DNA of 64,000 nt from positions 37,634,001 to 37,698,000 of the forward strand of contig OZ024754.1 of assembly GCA_964016885.1 (NCBI GenBank), given 5' to 3'. The notes beneath the pieces are model-generated. The model was not told where the DNA came from and ran no database searches. It saw nothing but the letters and a program-made list of their open reading frames with translations. The DNA comes from Eledone cirrhosa (Eukaryota). How positions within the stretch are numbered: position 1 is the first letter of the stretch; each line of letters begins with the position of its first letter. Both the position numbers and the translations under genes were made by a program. This document shows, piece by piece, positions 1 through 13,507 of the stretch.

Positions 1-230
1 TGACTGAGCATTCCAGAGAGATGTCTACTCTTAACGTGGTCTAGAGGGATATTGAACGTGACAGTGTGTGACAAGTCATTTGAAGTACAACTAATCTTTT
101 TACAACTGAGTGAATTCGAGAAACGTAAAATAAAGAATCGTCATGAAGGACACAACACGTCGCAGATTATTCGAACTCACAACCTTGCGATTGTGAGCCG
201 AACATTCTAACTGCTGAACCAAGCACCTCC
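1..230 (-). mobile_element. tRNA-derived SINE (partial, runs off window start)
   Basis: Minus strand reads ggaggtgcttggttcagcagttagaatgttcggctcacaatcgcaaggttgtgagttcgaat (A-box/B-box tRNA-like head); related head at 15342-15430 on +. Confidence 0.6.
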
Positions 231-330
231 ACTCTCTCTTCCTCCCTTTCTTTCTCTCTCATACACACTTTCTCTCACATACACACACACTCTCTCCCTC
301 TCTCGTACACACATCCACTTTCATATACAC

Positions 331-376
<46 letters not shown>

Positions 377-690
377 GCACACTCCATGCCTCTCTTTCTC
401 TCACACACACACACAAACATACCCTCTCTCTTACACACTTTGTCTCTTTCTCTCAAACACACACAATCTCTCTCTACTCAAACGAATAGATACACATAAC
501 ACACACACACACTCTCTCCATATACTATTATTTCATGTCTACCGCAACCCACCGCAACCCAGCGCCCCCTGGACTTTCTCAAGCTCTGGGTTAGAGTGTA
601 GTAATGGGGTCCAAGTTGCATTAAGAAAATTCCCCTTTTTTATGTTAGGCTATGCGATTTATTTGCTAAAAACAAATAATGGTTTCTGAT

Positions 691-884
691 TTAGACACAA
701 AGCCAACCATATTTTGGGAAAGGGAAAGTCAAATAAATCGACGCAAGTGCATTTTATCGACTCCGTAAGGATTAAAGGGAAATCTGACCTCGGCGGGATT
801 TGAACTCAAAACGTAAAGGGCCATAACTCTATGCCACTAAGCATATTGTCCGACGCTCTACTGATTCTGCCAATCCATCACCCT
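691..884 (-). mobile_element. tRNA-derived SINE, family repeated in window
   Basis: B-box gagttcaaatccc on minus strand, then gaggtc..ttt..cctt..atccttacgg.gtcgataaaat; homologous copies at 8010-8191(-), 15114-15292(+), 21390-21580(+), 22423-22606(-), partial 5222-5305. Confidence 0.75.
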
Positions 885-1309
885 AGCTAAAAATAAATAA
901 GAATTAAGTAAAGCTTGTACAGTTACACTGGTAAGCTCGTGATTAAAGAACGAATGATGTTTTTTTTTTCTTTTAATTTACGTGTTTACCGTGTCATTTA
1001 TATCTCAAGTATCGTCATTTAGTACCCAGTAAGGGTAATTACACTTGCTTTTTCTTCTTCTTGTCCCAGTTATTCCATATTATCGGAACTATGATATCTC
1101 AATTCGGAGAAAAAAAAACAAAAACAAAACAAAACGAATCCTAGTTCAAATTTTGTCATTAACAAAAGAAAAAAAAAAGTTAATGAATCAGATCTAAACA
1201 GATTCTTAGTATTTTTCTTTCCGCCATTTTTTTGCGACAGTTAGAACAAGAACAACGCTATTGCTCGAGAATTTACCTTTCAATTTTTTTTCCAATTGAA
1301 AACGCAACA

Positions 1310-1330
1310 AGTCACACATACGTACACACA

Positions 1331-1407
<77 letters not shown>

Positions 1408-1590
1408 CCCCCCCACACACACACGCAAACATACACACACACACACACATACACACATTACACACACATACACACATATACACACACATACACACATACA
1501 CACATACACACACACATACACACATATATACACACACACATACACACATATATACACACACACGCACACACATACATATATACACATGAA
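1310..1590. repeat. (CA)n/(CATA)n microsatellite
   Basis: Direct inspection; source of the HT/CV ORF artefacts. Confidence 0.95.
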
Positions 1591-2274
1591 CATGCCGTCT
1601 CCTTATCTTTCGTCAATATTATTTTAGAAATTGCTGGCCTTGTGCCAAAAGTAGAAATAATTATTTTACCAAACAATGGACTGAGGTAATTGCTGTCCTT
1701 GTGCCAAAAGTAGAAATATTATTTTACCAAACATCTCAGCAAGCAGCTGTATGTAAGTAAATCAATGGAGAAGGTAGGCAACTGACATATTTTTTCGCTA
1801 CCTAAACATTTCCTTCGATGCGAATTAAAATTCCCAATGTAGAAAGAAAGGAAATAGAAAAATAATAGAAAATAAAACCAAAATTCGAATAATTTTCGTC
1901 CATGCTGACCGTCTACAATTAATATAATTTTAAAAGAATTTTACAGAACTGTTTGGATTTTATATTAATATTTCGAGATAAGTAAGCAGTTCTCTTCTTT
2001 CAAATGTTAATTACATTCACACACACACACACAGACACACATTCATGCATGCATGCATACATACATACATACATGCATGCATGATTGCATGCTTGTATGT
2101 ATGTGTGAGTGTGTGTGTATACATACATGCATACATACATACATACGTACATGCATACGCACACGCACACGCATACACACACATACACATACACACACAC
2201 ACACACAGACATACACACATACACACACACAGGCACGCACACACACACGCGCACACACACACAGGCACGCACAC

Positions 2275-2314
<40 letters not shown>

Positions 2315-2674
2315 ACATACACACACACACACACACATACACACACACACACACAGAGAAACAAGCACACATAGACACAATACGTATTCGAATTCGTAGA
2401 GGTATACGACTAAATACATAATTCATTTTACAAGGATTTGCTACAAAGAACATGGCTGAACGCAACAACACCAACAACATTAAGGAAGTACCGAAGAAAA
2501 AAATCAAGAAAGGTAAACAACATTTACATACATACATCTTTTATTCGAATTCGTAGAGATTGCCAACTAAATACAAAATTCATTTTACAAGGATTTGCTA
2601 GTAGCAACATGGCTGAACACAAGGACACCAACATCATTGAGGAAGTACCGAAGAAAAACGACAGGAAAGGTAAA

Positions 2675-3535
2675 GTACAGGACGATACAAATATGAAAGA
2701 ATAGTATTTAACTAATGTATTGGTACGCGATGGGGCCCACCCACAGCCCCGGCGGACAGAATGGAGAAGGCGTTTCCCTGGAGAACGGCAAGGGAGACGC
2801 GCTGGAAAAGCCACTCCAACTCGTGGGGCTCACACCTGCGGCTGGCCAGCTCAGCGCCTATGGTGGTGAGTAAGGAGGTAGCCCTGGGGCCGAGGACACC
2901 AGAAGTTTCCACTGCTGGGAAGGGAAGCCTGCAGCGTCCAAGCCATGCTTAATGACCTCGTTGAGGGCAGTATGGCGTGGAATGCGGCCGGCACTGTGGT
3001 GACAGGAAAGCGGGTGGAAGCCGAAAGAGCCCACGGTGGAACCGCAGCGACATTGGTGTGGCTGGCAGATCCGGAAGCCGAGCCTCATGGAAACGCCGAT
3101 TCGCAGGCTATGGTTGTCTAGCTGCGTGCCAGTGGAGAAGGAGGGCAGAGCATGGAGCCAGGCACCACTGCGGGGTTTGGAGGCCGCACGAAAACAAGCA
3201 AGGCGGTGCTGGTCGAGCTGGCGCGTGAGCCTGTCTGAGGCCAGGCTGCACTGGATGGCATCCCAAGTGCTTTGGGGGGACTTGACGCCAAGAGGGGGAG
3301 CTTATCATGGGTGATGTCTCGGCCGCAGTCAGAGTTGTTGCCTCAGAGGACACTGTCCTCCAACCCACCGAGGAGATCCTGGCTGCTCTGCGGCTCAAAC
3401 ACCCTGAGCCACCCACTGATCTCAGACCCATACCCCCACCGACCTCCACCTGCTCCTTGTGACTATTGATGCAGATATCATGTCATCCATTAGGTCCTTC
3501 CCAGCTAGCAGCTGCGGAGGTGTTGATGGTCACCT
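2675..3535 (-). mobile_element. CRE-clade non-LTR retrotransposon 3' fragment (degenerate)
   Basis: GC-rich insert; minus-strand peptides RLG..ICQPHQCRCG...HPLSC....GRIPRH..LN (zinc knuckle plus RH) and ET.G.LG...WLFQRVSLAVLQGNA, typical of the CRE RLE C-terminus; sits between gtaaa and caaaattt of a monomer. Confidence 0.75.
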
Positions 3536-4042
3536 AACAAAATTTACATACATACATACATACATCTTTTATTCGAATTCGTAGAGATACCCGACTAAAT
3601 ACATAATTCATTTTACAAGGATCTCTTACAAAGAACATAGATGGACCCAACAGCACCAACAACATTAACAAACTACCGAAGAAAAAAATCAAGAAAGGTA
3701 AACAAAATGTTCATACATACATACATCTTCTATTCGAATTCGTAGAGATATCCGACTAAATACATAATTCATTTTACAAGGATTTGCTACAAACAACATG
3801 GCTGAACACGACTCCAACAACATTGAGAAAGTAGCGAAGGAAAACAACGAGAAAGGTAAACAAAATTTACATACAAACATACATCTTTTATTCGAATTCG
3901 TAGAGATATCCGACTAAATACATAATTCATTTTACAAGGATTTGCTATAAACAACATGGCTGAACACGACTCCAACAACATTGAGAAAGTAGCGAAGGAA
4001 AACAACGAGAAAGGTAAACAAAATTTACATACATACATACAT

Positions 4043-4717
4043 AGTGGCTGCCAACTCGTTTTCGAGTACGGCCACTACTTTATATCCATGTAGGAGAACC
4101 CCTACCGATGCGCTGAACGAGTGTGACTTTTTAGTCCAGCCAGCGACTTGAAAACTCTGGTACAAACACTACACTTGTGACAATTATTGATACATAGTGC
4201 TGGGCCCTTGGTACCATGTGACGACAAGTGCAGAGAGATATAAAGTAATGCCTGTGCCGTGAAGCTTTTATAGAGAGCAATGGCACTGCACAAAGCCAGT
4301 CCCACTCTCTTAACCAAGATGATATTTACCAAAAAGAAGAACAAGTCAACATCATTGGATACCATCAGGGTTGCAGGCTCTGACAAAGGCTAGGGGCCCT
4401 TCACTCCCAGTGGTTTAACCGCGCGATCGGGTGTCCAGCCTGACTATTTCTATGTCCCCGCGCATATACACATGCACCCATGTATATACACATATACATA
4501 CATATTTACATGTGTATATACATATTTACACACTTTTGGATGGCCGTTGGCTCTTATGAGTTCTTCCGCCCTTTGTCAGGTTTTGTTTTTTGTCCTGCAG
4601 AGTGTCCAAAATCACCAAGTAAAGTTGGTGGGGTTGCTGGTTTATTCGCCGATGACCCGACCATGCGACATGTTGTACTGGGTTACATGTTACCAGTAGC
4701 ACTCAAGAGTGACTCGA
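4043..4717 (-). mobile_element. Bipartite RTE-derived non-autonomous element (diverged copy)
   Basis: Homologous to 27821-28428; C2H2 tail [23 protein letters not shown]; flanked by (TACA)n. Confidence 0.7.
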
Positions 4718-5407
4718 CATACATACATACATACATACATCTTTTATTCGAATTCGTAGAGATATCCGACTAAATACATAATTAATTTTTCTAGGATTTG
4801 CTACAAACGGCATGGCTGAAGACAACGACACCAATAAGATGAAGGAAGTACAGAAGGATAACAACAAGAAAGGTAAAAAAAATTTTTTCAGAATATATAT
4901 GGTTTTGGGGGGTCTATCTCCAAAACCATAGGAGGAGTTCGTGAACAAAGAAACAAACAGACAGGAACTACAACTTTATACATATTTGAGAAGGAAGTAA
5001 GGTTGTATACAAAAGAGAAGTTATAGAGAAAAAGTGGAATTAGAAATAGCACGGAAAATATATTTTAAGCATCTGTTTATCTTTTTTTCTACTTTTTTTT
5101 TTTTTTAAATAAAAGGTGTTTTATAATGTATATATAAAAAAAAAATATTTTATATATTTTATATACATTATAAAACTCCTTTAAAAAAAAAAAATTGTTC
5201 CTCTCATCTTTTCAATAATTGTTTCTACTTTTGGCACAAGGCCAGTAATTATCACAGTGTATTACAGGTACTTTATTTTATCGACCCCGTAAGGATGAAA
5301 AGCAATAATGTCACTTTGACGGATCAAAGAAGAAAAAAAGAAAAACAGATCCTTAAATATATTTTCCGTGCTATTTCCAATTCCACTCTCTCTCTGTCTC
5401 CACCCCC

Positions 5408-5593
<186 letters not shown>

Positions 5594-6048
5594 AAAAAAT
5601 GGGGAGAATACTGCATGGTTGCACATGGATAACATGTTATAAAATGAGTCCCTCATCAGTGATTTACCAACGGTCATAGGTATTTCATTGCATTAAAAAT
5701 CATATACCTCACGTTGGCGCAATAATAACTAAAATAAGTTATTAGGACAATTAAAACGCGTAAAGCGAGTGAGACAAGTAAACAACACAAAGGAAAGCTA
5801 ACCGAAGATAGGAAAGACACAAGCTACATAGTTATTCTATCAGTATAAGCTGGGTGAATATATGAGCGAGTAGAAAATAGACCTTTCGAGATGAATCCAA
5901 TGTAAGAAAGAAGGAAAATCGTTAACATCGCGAACGGGGGGAAGTGAGAAGGGGAGAAACAGTGAGTGAGTGAGTGGAAGTGTGAGGAAGAGGTCAGTAG
6001 AGAGAAAGTGTTAACTGACAAGACAGAGGGGACGAAAGAAAGTAAGAG

Positions 6049-6179
<131 letters not shown>

Positions 6180-6320
6180 TTATTAAAATAACAGATTAAA
6201 GTTTAAGCAAAGAATCGCTGCTTTCACCCTTAACGGTATCTTCTACGGTTCTTAAATATTCGATATATATTTATCCTTATCGAGCCCTCTTTGGATTTTA
6301 GTCTTCAAATTTATTATTAT

Positions 6321-6390
<70 letters not shown>

Positions 6391-6627
6391 GATATTAAAC
6401 AAATGGAAACTATATTTATAAAACCATATTTATTTCATTATACATATTTCGGGGATACCATATTAAAAATATGGCATGCCTTCTTCAGACAAAATACAAT
6501 ATATAAGCAGTTTTATAAATAATTTTACGTCCGCTTTTCCCTGCTTATATATATGTCCGTATGTGGTTGACGGCTGAGAAGAAAGAGTAATCGTATTCAT
6601 ATATTCATTCACATTTCAGAAATCGCA

Positions 6628-6834
6628 ATGTCTGAAGAAGATCGACATGAAAACAAGCTATCATACCACTCAGAGTTGCCATTAATTTTCTTCACCCCTG
6701 TGATGCTCTTGTCCCAGACAATGTTGCATTTCTACGTGGACTGGCGAATAGGAAAGAATTACTATCAATACCAAAATACCGCCTTCTCTTCGAATTGTAA
6801 CCTTCGCCTCTTTCCTGTAAGAATTCAACATAAG
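6628..6834 (+). CDS. SLC46-family (PCFT-like) MFS transporter, exon 1
   Basis: ATG 6628, MSEEDRH...ELPLIFFTPVMLLSQ...NC...IQHK, donor AAG|gtaaga at 6835; 207 nt, phase 0 matches exon 2. Confidence 0.8.
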
Positions 6835-7807
6835 GTAAGATGAAAGATATTAGGAAAAAAGTGTAAACCATAGCCAGAATCAGTTCCGTATGAACAAGAC
6901 ACGGTCATCTGATCTGGCTTGTCACACAACGGGCCAAATTGTCTAATCCATGCTAGTATGGAAAAATGGACATTAAATGGTGACAACGTCGACAATGATG
7001 ATGATGATGATGATGATGATAACTGTGTTGTTAAGTAGTTCTCTTTGCAATAATATGATACCGGGATAAAAAATGTTATGCGCTGACGTTCTCATTCAAG
7101 CCCCCTTATATCTACTTGGTAGAAGGAGTTATCCTCCTTGACCATTGAAATGCCATGATGGACACAGTCAAACGTCTAGATTGGCACCCCAGCGACTAGC
7201 TGCACCAGTTACGAGAGAACTTGGTTAATAAAAAAAGCACACGTGCGTATTCAGTGAGCCATATTTGAGATGTTCTGGTCAAGGGGTGTCTCACGCGTTA
7301 GAGAGGTTTAGAAAGGGAGGTAATTATTGATGAAGATGTGTGTGTGTGTTTGTGAATTTATATAGCTTGTATTCAATACATGTGTGGATGTGACGTCCGA
7401 ACGAGTATCCCCCACCACCAACTAACTTACCCTCCGCGTCTAGGTCCCGGCCGACCGGATGGAGAATGCATTGCTCTGCAGGGTGGTGATGGGGACGCGC
7501 TGAAACAGCCACCCCACCTCCAGTAAGACAAACTCTCTAGTACTGGTGGCACGAATAAAAGCACCCAGTCCATGCTGTAAAGTGGTGCTGGTGTTAGGAA
7601 GGGCATCCAACCATTATGTATTAATGCCAAAACAATTATGAGCACAACAAATAAGTATCGCAATAACCGCGTAAACAGTAATAACACTAACCAAGTTAGG
7701 GCTGCGTACGGTAGTGGCGTGGCTGGTGCGGCCATGTGCAAGAACACCCCGACCCTCATCAAGCAATCACACAACAAGAACATAATGATATATATATATA
7801 TATATAT

Positions 7808-7847
<40 letters not shown>

Positions 7848-8379
7848 GTAACGTCTATCCTCCGAACTAGCATGGGTTGGACGGGTTTGTCCCACTTGAG
7901 GCAAGATTGTTCAATTAAAGATATTTAGAATCAGCCGACTTTTATATAACAGATGGCAAGCACTCAACGGTATTTGTTCATCTGGAGTTTTGTTATAATA
8001 ATTGTTTCTACATCTGGCACAAGGCCAGCAATTACTCAGTACATTACTGGAACTTTATTTTATCGACCCCGTAAGGATGAAAGGCAAAGTTAACCTCGGC
8101 GGGATTAGAACTCAGAATGGCAAGGACCGTAACTCAATGCGTCAAAGCATGGTTCCCGAATCTCTACCGATACTGCCAATCCACTGCCCTACTTTAGTCC
8201 ATCCCTATTCATTTTACTATACGTATTTCGAAGACGTATGGCTTGTGTACAACATAAGTCAAAATTTGTTCTCTTCAGATAAAATCCACAGGAGATTTAT
8301 GTTATACATATGCCATACATCTTCGAAATACGTACAGCAAAGTAAATAGGGATGGACTAAAGTAACTGTCTGTTTTGTT

Positions 8380-8440
<61 letters not shown>

Positions 8441-8988
8441 GGAAGATGCTAGATGGTCGGTCGTCCTCGGGTCTATGATTTTCAGCCCCATGGATTTTAT
8501 CTGTTACATTCATTTATTATATTTCGAATACCTGATGATATCACCGGATTCATACGGAACCCGGTCATTGAAATGATCATAGTATAATAAACCTTTCAAG
8601 GATTTACACAAGTCCAGCCTCCTGTTACTTTATTATAATATTTAACTCCGTACTCGCACCACCAACTACACAAACGAAGACGGTTGAACTGCTTTACGTT
8701 GAGTACTCTCCATATTATTACATCAAGATTGACGATACGGAATTGACCAGCTCTATCCAGTGGTGAACCTTCAAAACTAAATAAATATATATATATATAT
8801 TTGAAGTATTTCCGTAGGAAAGGTAAAGGAAAAGAGAGTGCTCTGTGTAGGCTACAGAGCTTTTTAGTTATGTAATAAACAACATAAGATAATTATTTCG
8901 TTTACCAAAGGTTTCACGAAAACAGACAAGCTTGGCACATACGTCTGCCTTCAATCGTCAGAACGAAATGAATTTTATTAAAATGGAA

Positions 8989-9325
8989 GTGAGGTATGGA
9001 TGTCAAAACAGCGTCTAGGTCCACCAGCGATGCCATTGATAGCGTTGGCTACAAATAAAACCTCCAATGGAAGTGTATAGTAGATCGTCACTGCACTTAA
9101 AACGATTTTCATGATAGTGCCGGTCAAAGACCGTAATACATTCACTGAGCGAAGTATATGGTTGCAAATTCGGCATGCTGGTGTCTTCGACCGGCACTAT
9201 CATGAAAATCGTTTTAAGTGCAGTGACGATCTACTATACACTTCCATTGGAGGTCTTATTTGTAGCCAACGCTATCAATGGCATCACTGGTGGACCTAGA
9301 TTCTGTTTTGAAATCCATACCTCAC
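8989..9325. repeat. Inverted repeat built from a diverged copy of SLC46 exon 2 (arms 8989-9131 and 9183-9325)
   Basis: 9133-9297 matches 10349-10513 in sense; 9017-9131 is its reverse complement. Confidence 0.9.
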
Positions 9326-9381
9326 CAGAGTCTAGCATATATATATATATATCTGTGTGTGTGTGTATGTTTGTGTGTATG

Positions 9382-9416
<35 letters not shown>

Positions 9417-9804
9417 TTAGTTCAAGGAGATAAACATATATATATATCTATATACTACTAAAACTCTCCGATTGCTTGCTTGTCTGTAATGTAGTACAGC
9501 CAAAAAGGCGCATAATGGGAAAATACTTTGGAAGAAAGTTGCCCCTGAAATGGGAATACAAATGGAATAAAATAAGATATGGGGTTTTCCCAAGATATGG
9601 GGTTTTCCCGGTACCTTCATAAACAGAGTGAGAGAGAGAGAGAGAGAGGGAGAGAGGGAGAGAGAGAGAGAGAGGGAGAGAGAGAGAGGTAGAGAAAGAT
9701 AGAAAGAAAGAGATAGTGGTTGTGAGAGAGTAGATTGAAATTGAGAGGGAGAGGAGACAGAGAAAGAAAATGTAAGAGAAAGAGAGAATTCGTGTTGTTG
9801 TGTG

Positions 9805-9845
<41 letters not shown>

Positions 9846-10273
9846 CTGTGTGTGTCTATGACCAGTGTATATAGATCACAGACAACCATATATATATATA
9901 TATACACACACATGCATGTATATATATGTCTACGTACACACACGTATATATATGGGCCTTCCAGTTTCATTTTACATTATATACATGTCTGTATATTTTA
10001 ATTATTTAAAAATTATTTTTAAGTGAACATGATTTTAAAAAAATATTCTGAACCAAGCGTGACCCAACAGGTCACGTGTAGTCTAGTATCTATTATTCTC
10101 TGTTATTCACCAACTCTCCAAATACCACTGGTATTTTATCAAGCTACCTCTTCAATTTCCTCTCTATATTGAAGAGCTCTATACATCCACTTCCCATTCC
10201 CGCCCCTGACATTATTTCACACTTGTGTTCTTTCTTCCTCTCTCTCATTTGTTTTTTGTTTTATCTTTTTTAG

Positions 10274-11123
10274 GTGCAACGTTTGACAGCTTTATGGATA
10301 ACAGATATGTTAGCTTTGGAATCCTTTCTGAGCTTTTTTACAATATTTGTAATACATTCACTGAGCGAAGTATATAGTCGCAAATTCGGCATGCTGGTGT
10401 CTTTAAGCGGCACTATCATGAAAATCGTTTTAAGTGCAATGACGATCTACTATACACTTCCATTGGAGGTCTTATTTGTAGCCAGCGCTATTAATGGCAT
10501 CACTGGTGGACCTGCGAGCTTTATCACTTGTGCTGTGTCACAGATTACCGATACGTACCCGCACAAAGATAAGAGCTGCCGTAAATTTATAAGAGCTCAA
10601 AATTTTTCATTTGGAATAGCCGGCCTTTTTACAATTTATTTCGGCTTAATCATAGAAATCTTTGGCTATTTCTCCGCTTGCGTATTTTTGCTCCCTTTAG
10701 CTGTACTCAATATAGTCATCATTCTACACCTTCCAGATAACTCCACACAGAAGGAAGTCGATTGGAACTTTTCTAAAATTAAAACGTCGTTTATAAAGAT
10801 ATGGAACGTAATGACTATTAGGAAACGGTTGTTGTTGTTCTTATTCATATCAGCCTCACCCATTAGTTATATGCCTCTTGGAGGACAGACTTTCTATACC
10901 ACACAATTATTTATTAACAGACCATTTTGCACCAGCATTTTCTTCACCGGATTTACTTTGGCTATTTCCGCTTTCACTTTTTTAACACAAAATTACTACT
11001 CAGACCGACTGAATAAACCAGGTTTTTCGGTCAATACTATAATTGCTGGAAAACTGTTTGTCGGATACCTTAGCAGTCTCATCATTACAATAGCAGCAAA
11101 AAGAAATACATATTATGATGCAG
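10274..11123 (+). CDS. SLC46-family MFS transporter, exon 2
   Basis: Long polypyrimidine tract and tag|GTG acceptor; multi-TM ORF with SE.Y.RK (A-motif-like), GITGG and QITD motifs of SLC46; donor GCAG|gtataa, phase 1. Confidence 0.85.
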
Positions 11124-11487
11124 GTATAACTTTTTTATTTCTTTTCTTTGTGTTTCTTTATCATAAAATGCACCTCAATTTGGGGAGGTATTAAAAAAAC
11201 TAATAAATGGGTTTAAACTACGAATGTCAGGTGAAGGGTATAAAGTTAGTACATCGTATTCTTTTATAATCCTTCTAAATTGTAATTCTATTTGTAATAT
11301 TTTAGTACATTTTTAAACATAAGGAAGTGTTTGAGGTTTAATTTAAGGGCCACTGCAGCTCTTGAACTCCTCCTGCCACTGCAGCACTAGAATTCCTCGA
11401 ACCTGTCACCCAAATTGACGTAGGGAGAATTTCTGGGACATTTTTTGGAAAACAGTGCATCTTATAAGCCGTAAAATAGGTATATAT

Positions 11488-11583
<96 letters not shown>

Positions 11584-11697
11584 GTACTCATTGTATATAT
11601 ATATGTGTGTGTGTGTATGTATAAATGTATGTATATATATATATATATATATATTTGCTTTGCGAGCTTTTTGATATGAAATCGTGTGTCGAAACAA

Positions 11698-12242
11698 ATA
11701 TTGTTATACTTGGGGAGGGTCATATTGTTGTAATAATATTGCCAGGAATAATAACAGAACACACTCACTGTTTAGTTGGTTTTCGCTTCTGTATCTTTTA
11801 TATCTCCACAGTTAATTCTTTCGGTCCTCAATGTTTACCATTGACTGACCAACGGTCAAAAATACAGATATAATATAGATATAAACACATATATAGTCTA
11901 ACAAAGTTCTTTCGTTGCCCATCTGCAGCATCGTCAGTGGTGCTATTATGTTCCTCCTGTTGTATTGTATATCTACAATACAATACAACAGGAGGAACAT
12001 AATAGTACCACTGACGTTGCTGCAGATGTGCAACGAAAGAACTTTGTTAGACTATATATGTGTTTATATCTATATTATATCTGTATTTTTGACCGTTGGT
12101 CAGTCAATGGTAAACATTGAGGACCGAAAGAATTAACTGTGGAGATATAAAAGATACAGAAGCGAAAACCAACTAAACAGTGAGTGTGTTCTGTTATTAT
12201 TCCTGGCAATATTATTGCAACAATATGAACCTTCCCAAGTAT

Positions 12243-12250
<8 letters not shown>
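11698..12250. mobile_element. ~550-bp near-perfect palindrome (arms ~273 bp, 7-nt loop), probably the inverted end of a Penelope-like element
   Basis: Arms are reverse complements; right arm is homologous to 16880-17121, which lies 3' of a GIY-YIG remnant; abuts (TA)n. Confidence 0.75.
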
Positions 12251-12329
<79 letters not shown>

Positions 12330-12363
12330 TATGCAGAGCTGTAATACATTAAAAATTAATGTA

Positions 12364-12602
12364 TTACAGTCATTTCTACCTCTACAGAACCACATGTTTC
12401 ATCAGAGTTTATTAAAACGCTTAATAGTAATTGACACAGAAAATATTAGGAACATCTAATACATAAAATCACTTCACAAAATGCAAAAGTTTCAAAAGGT
12501 TTTATCTATTAGATCTTCCTAATATTTTCTGTGTGAATTACTATTAAGTGTTTTAATAAACTCTGATGAAACATGTGGCTCAGTACAGGTAGAAATGGCT
12601 GT
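12364..12602. repeat. AT-rich inverted repeat with CTGATGA..GAAA motif
   Basis: ccacatgtttcatcagagtttattaaaac.cttaatagtaatt.acacagaaaatattagga vs its reverse complement at 12507-12579. Confidence 0.75.
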
Positions 12603-12738
12603 CAGTTTAAAAATGTTTTAAATCTTTGGTATTATTTAAATTTTAATGTGTATATATCATGTTTTATATAGAAATGGCTTCTACATTCATTCAAAAGATG
12701 AAACAGTTCAAGTCCTGTAGAAGCCATTTCTATTTTAA

Positions 12739-13507
12739 ATACAAGCAGATTTACTCGGCGTTGCCCGGGGTTTGAAATAATGCTAAGAATATACAGCTAG
12801 GAAGTAAAAGAAGAAAATTATTTGTCCCCAACCTGTCAAAATTAGCAGAAGTCTTCAATAATTAATGCAAACGAATATTTAGTGTAATCTTTGTACACAT
12901 AAAACTATGCTGATAATGAAGGAGAATTTTGTTTTAACTGATTTCTTCATTGTAATAATAGTTTTTTTTAATAAATTCACAATATCCTGGAAGCATAGAT
13001 AATGCCTGCCTCAAATGTGAACGAAATTAGTTGTAGGTCCCAACGGTTTGAATGGAAAGTCCCATAAGGATTGTTTTTAGATTGATTTCTCCCTTACAGC
13101 ATACACTTTAGAAAAAATAATCTTCTTGTATTACCTCGACGGCATAGGCAATTCCTGCCTCACATTTGGTAAACAAAGCTCGAAAAATGTAAAAGTAATT
13201 GCAACTTTTAATTTGCATGGAAAATCCCATAAGGATTTTGTCTTCATTGTTATCTCCCTTACATCATGCACTTTAGAAAAAATAATTTTGCTATCGATAA
13301 TTTTGCTATCGATTTTTTATTGCTCAACGTGGGTCGATTTGAAAAGCTTTTGTGATGTGACCATTTTAGTGACAGGTGCAACGTGCACAGAAAATTTGGT
13401 CAAATTCGGTTGGGAATTGTAAAAGCCTTAGGTATCGAAAGTTGTCCACAGACACACACACACACACACACACACATCCTCGCTTTTATATATATATATA
13501 TATAGAT
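12739..13507. mobile_element. Non-autonomous Helitron/Helentron (DINE-1/Lep1-like) element
   Basis: Starts acaagc...ctcggcgttgcccggg; internal ~150-bp direct repeat; ends aaatttggtcaaattcggttg...acaga(CA)n..cttttatatatatagat, the usual architecture of this class. Confidence 0.55.

Larger units (their letters stand above)
691..2035. repeat. Segmental duplication copy 1 (upstream flank of short monomer array)
   Basis: Near-identical to ~22423-23870, apart from microsatellite length and an RTE insertion in copy 2. Confidence 0.9.
2380..4880 (+). repeat. Short array of 6 diverged monomers, each with a candidate 75/78-nt phase-1 exon (2435-2512, 2592-2669, 3620-3697, 3781-3855, 3939-4013, 4795-4872)
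   Basis: Each segment is preceded by ctaaat..tttt(ac)aag or ctag and followed by gtaaa; all six are open in the same frame (e.g. GFATKNMAERNNTNNIKEVPKKKIKK, GSLTKNIDGPNSTNNINKLPKKKIKK, GFATNGMAEDNDTNKMKEVQKDNNKK). Confidence 0.6.

Noticed and set aside
1765-1987. ATGGAGAAG|gtaggc and a 35-nt ttacag|...|gtaagc segment (1947-1981) as first coding exons of the array gene
   Set aside because: Phases (0 then 2) do not join the phase-1 cassettes; may be UTR exons or chance, left unresolved.
1206-2537. HT/CV/YI-repeat ORFs (also 5295-6199, 11338-11768, 17807-18111, 23834-24209, 26931-27943)
   Set aside because: Translations of dinucleotide and tetranucleotide microsatellites.
9583-9612. Two GGGGTTTTCC NF-kB-like sites
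   Set aside because: Produced by a simple 18-bp tandem duplication; no other support.
11124-11194. ORF-track extension of SLC46 exon 2 to a stop at 11194
   Set aside because: A donor at 11124 and in-phase downstream exons 3-5 complete the transporter; the extension is intronic.
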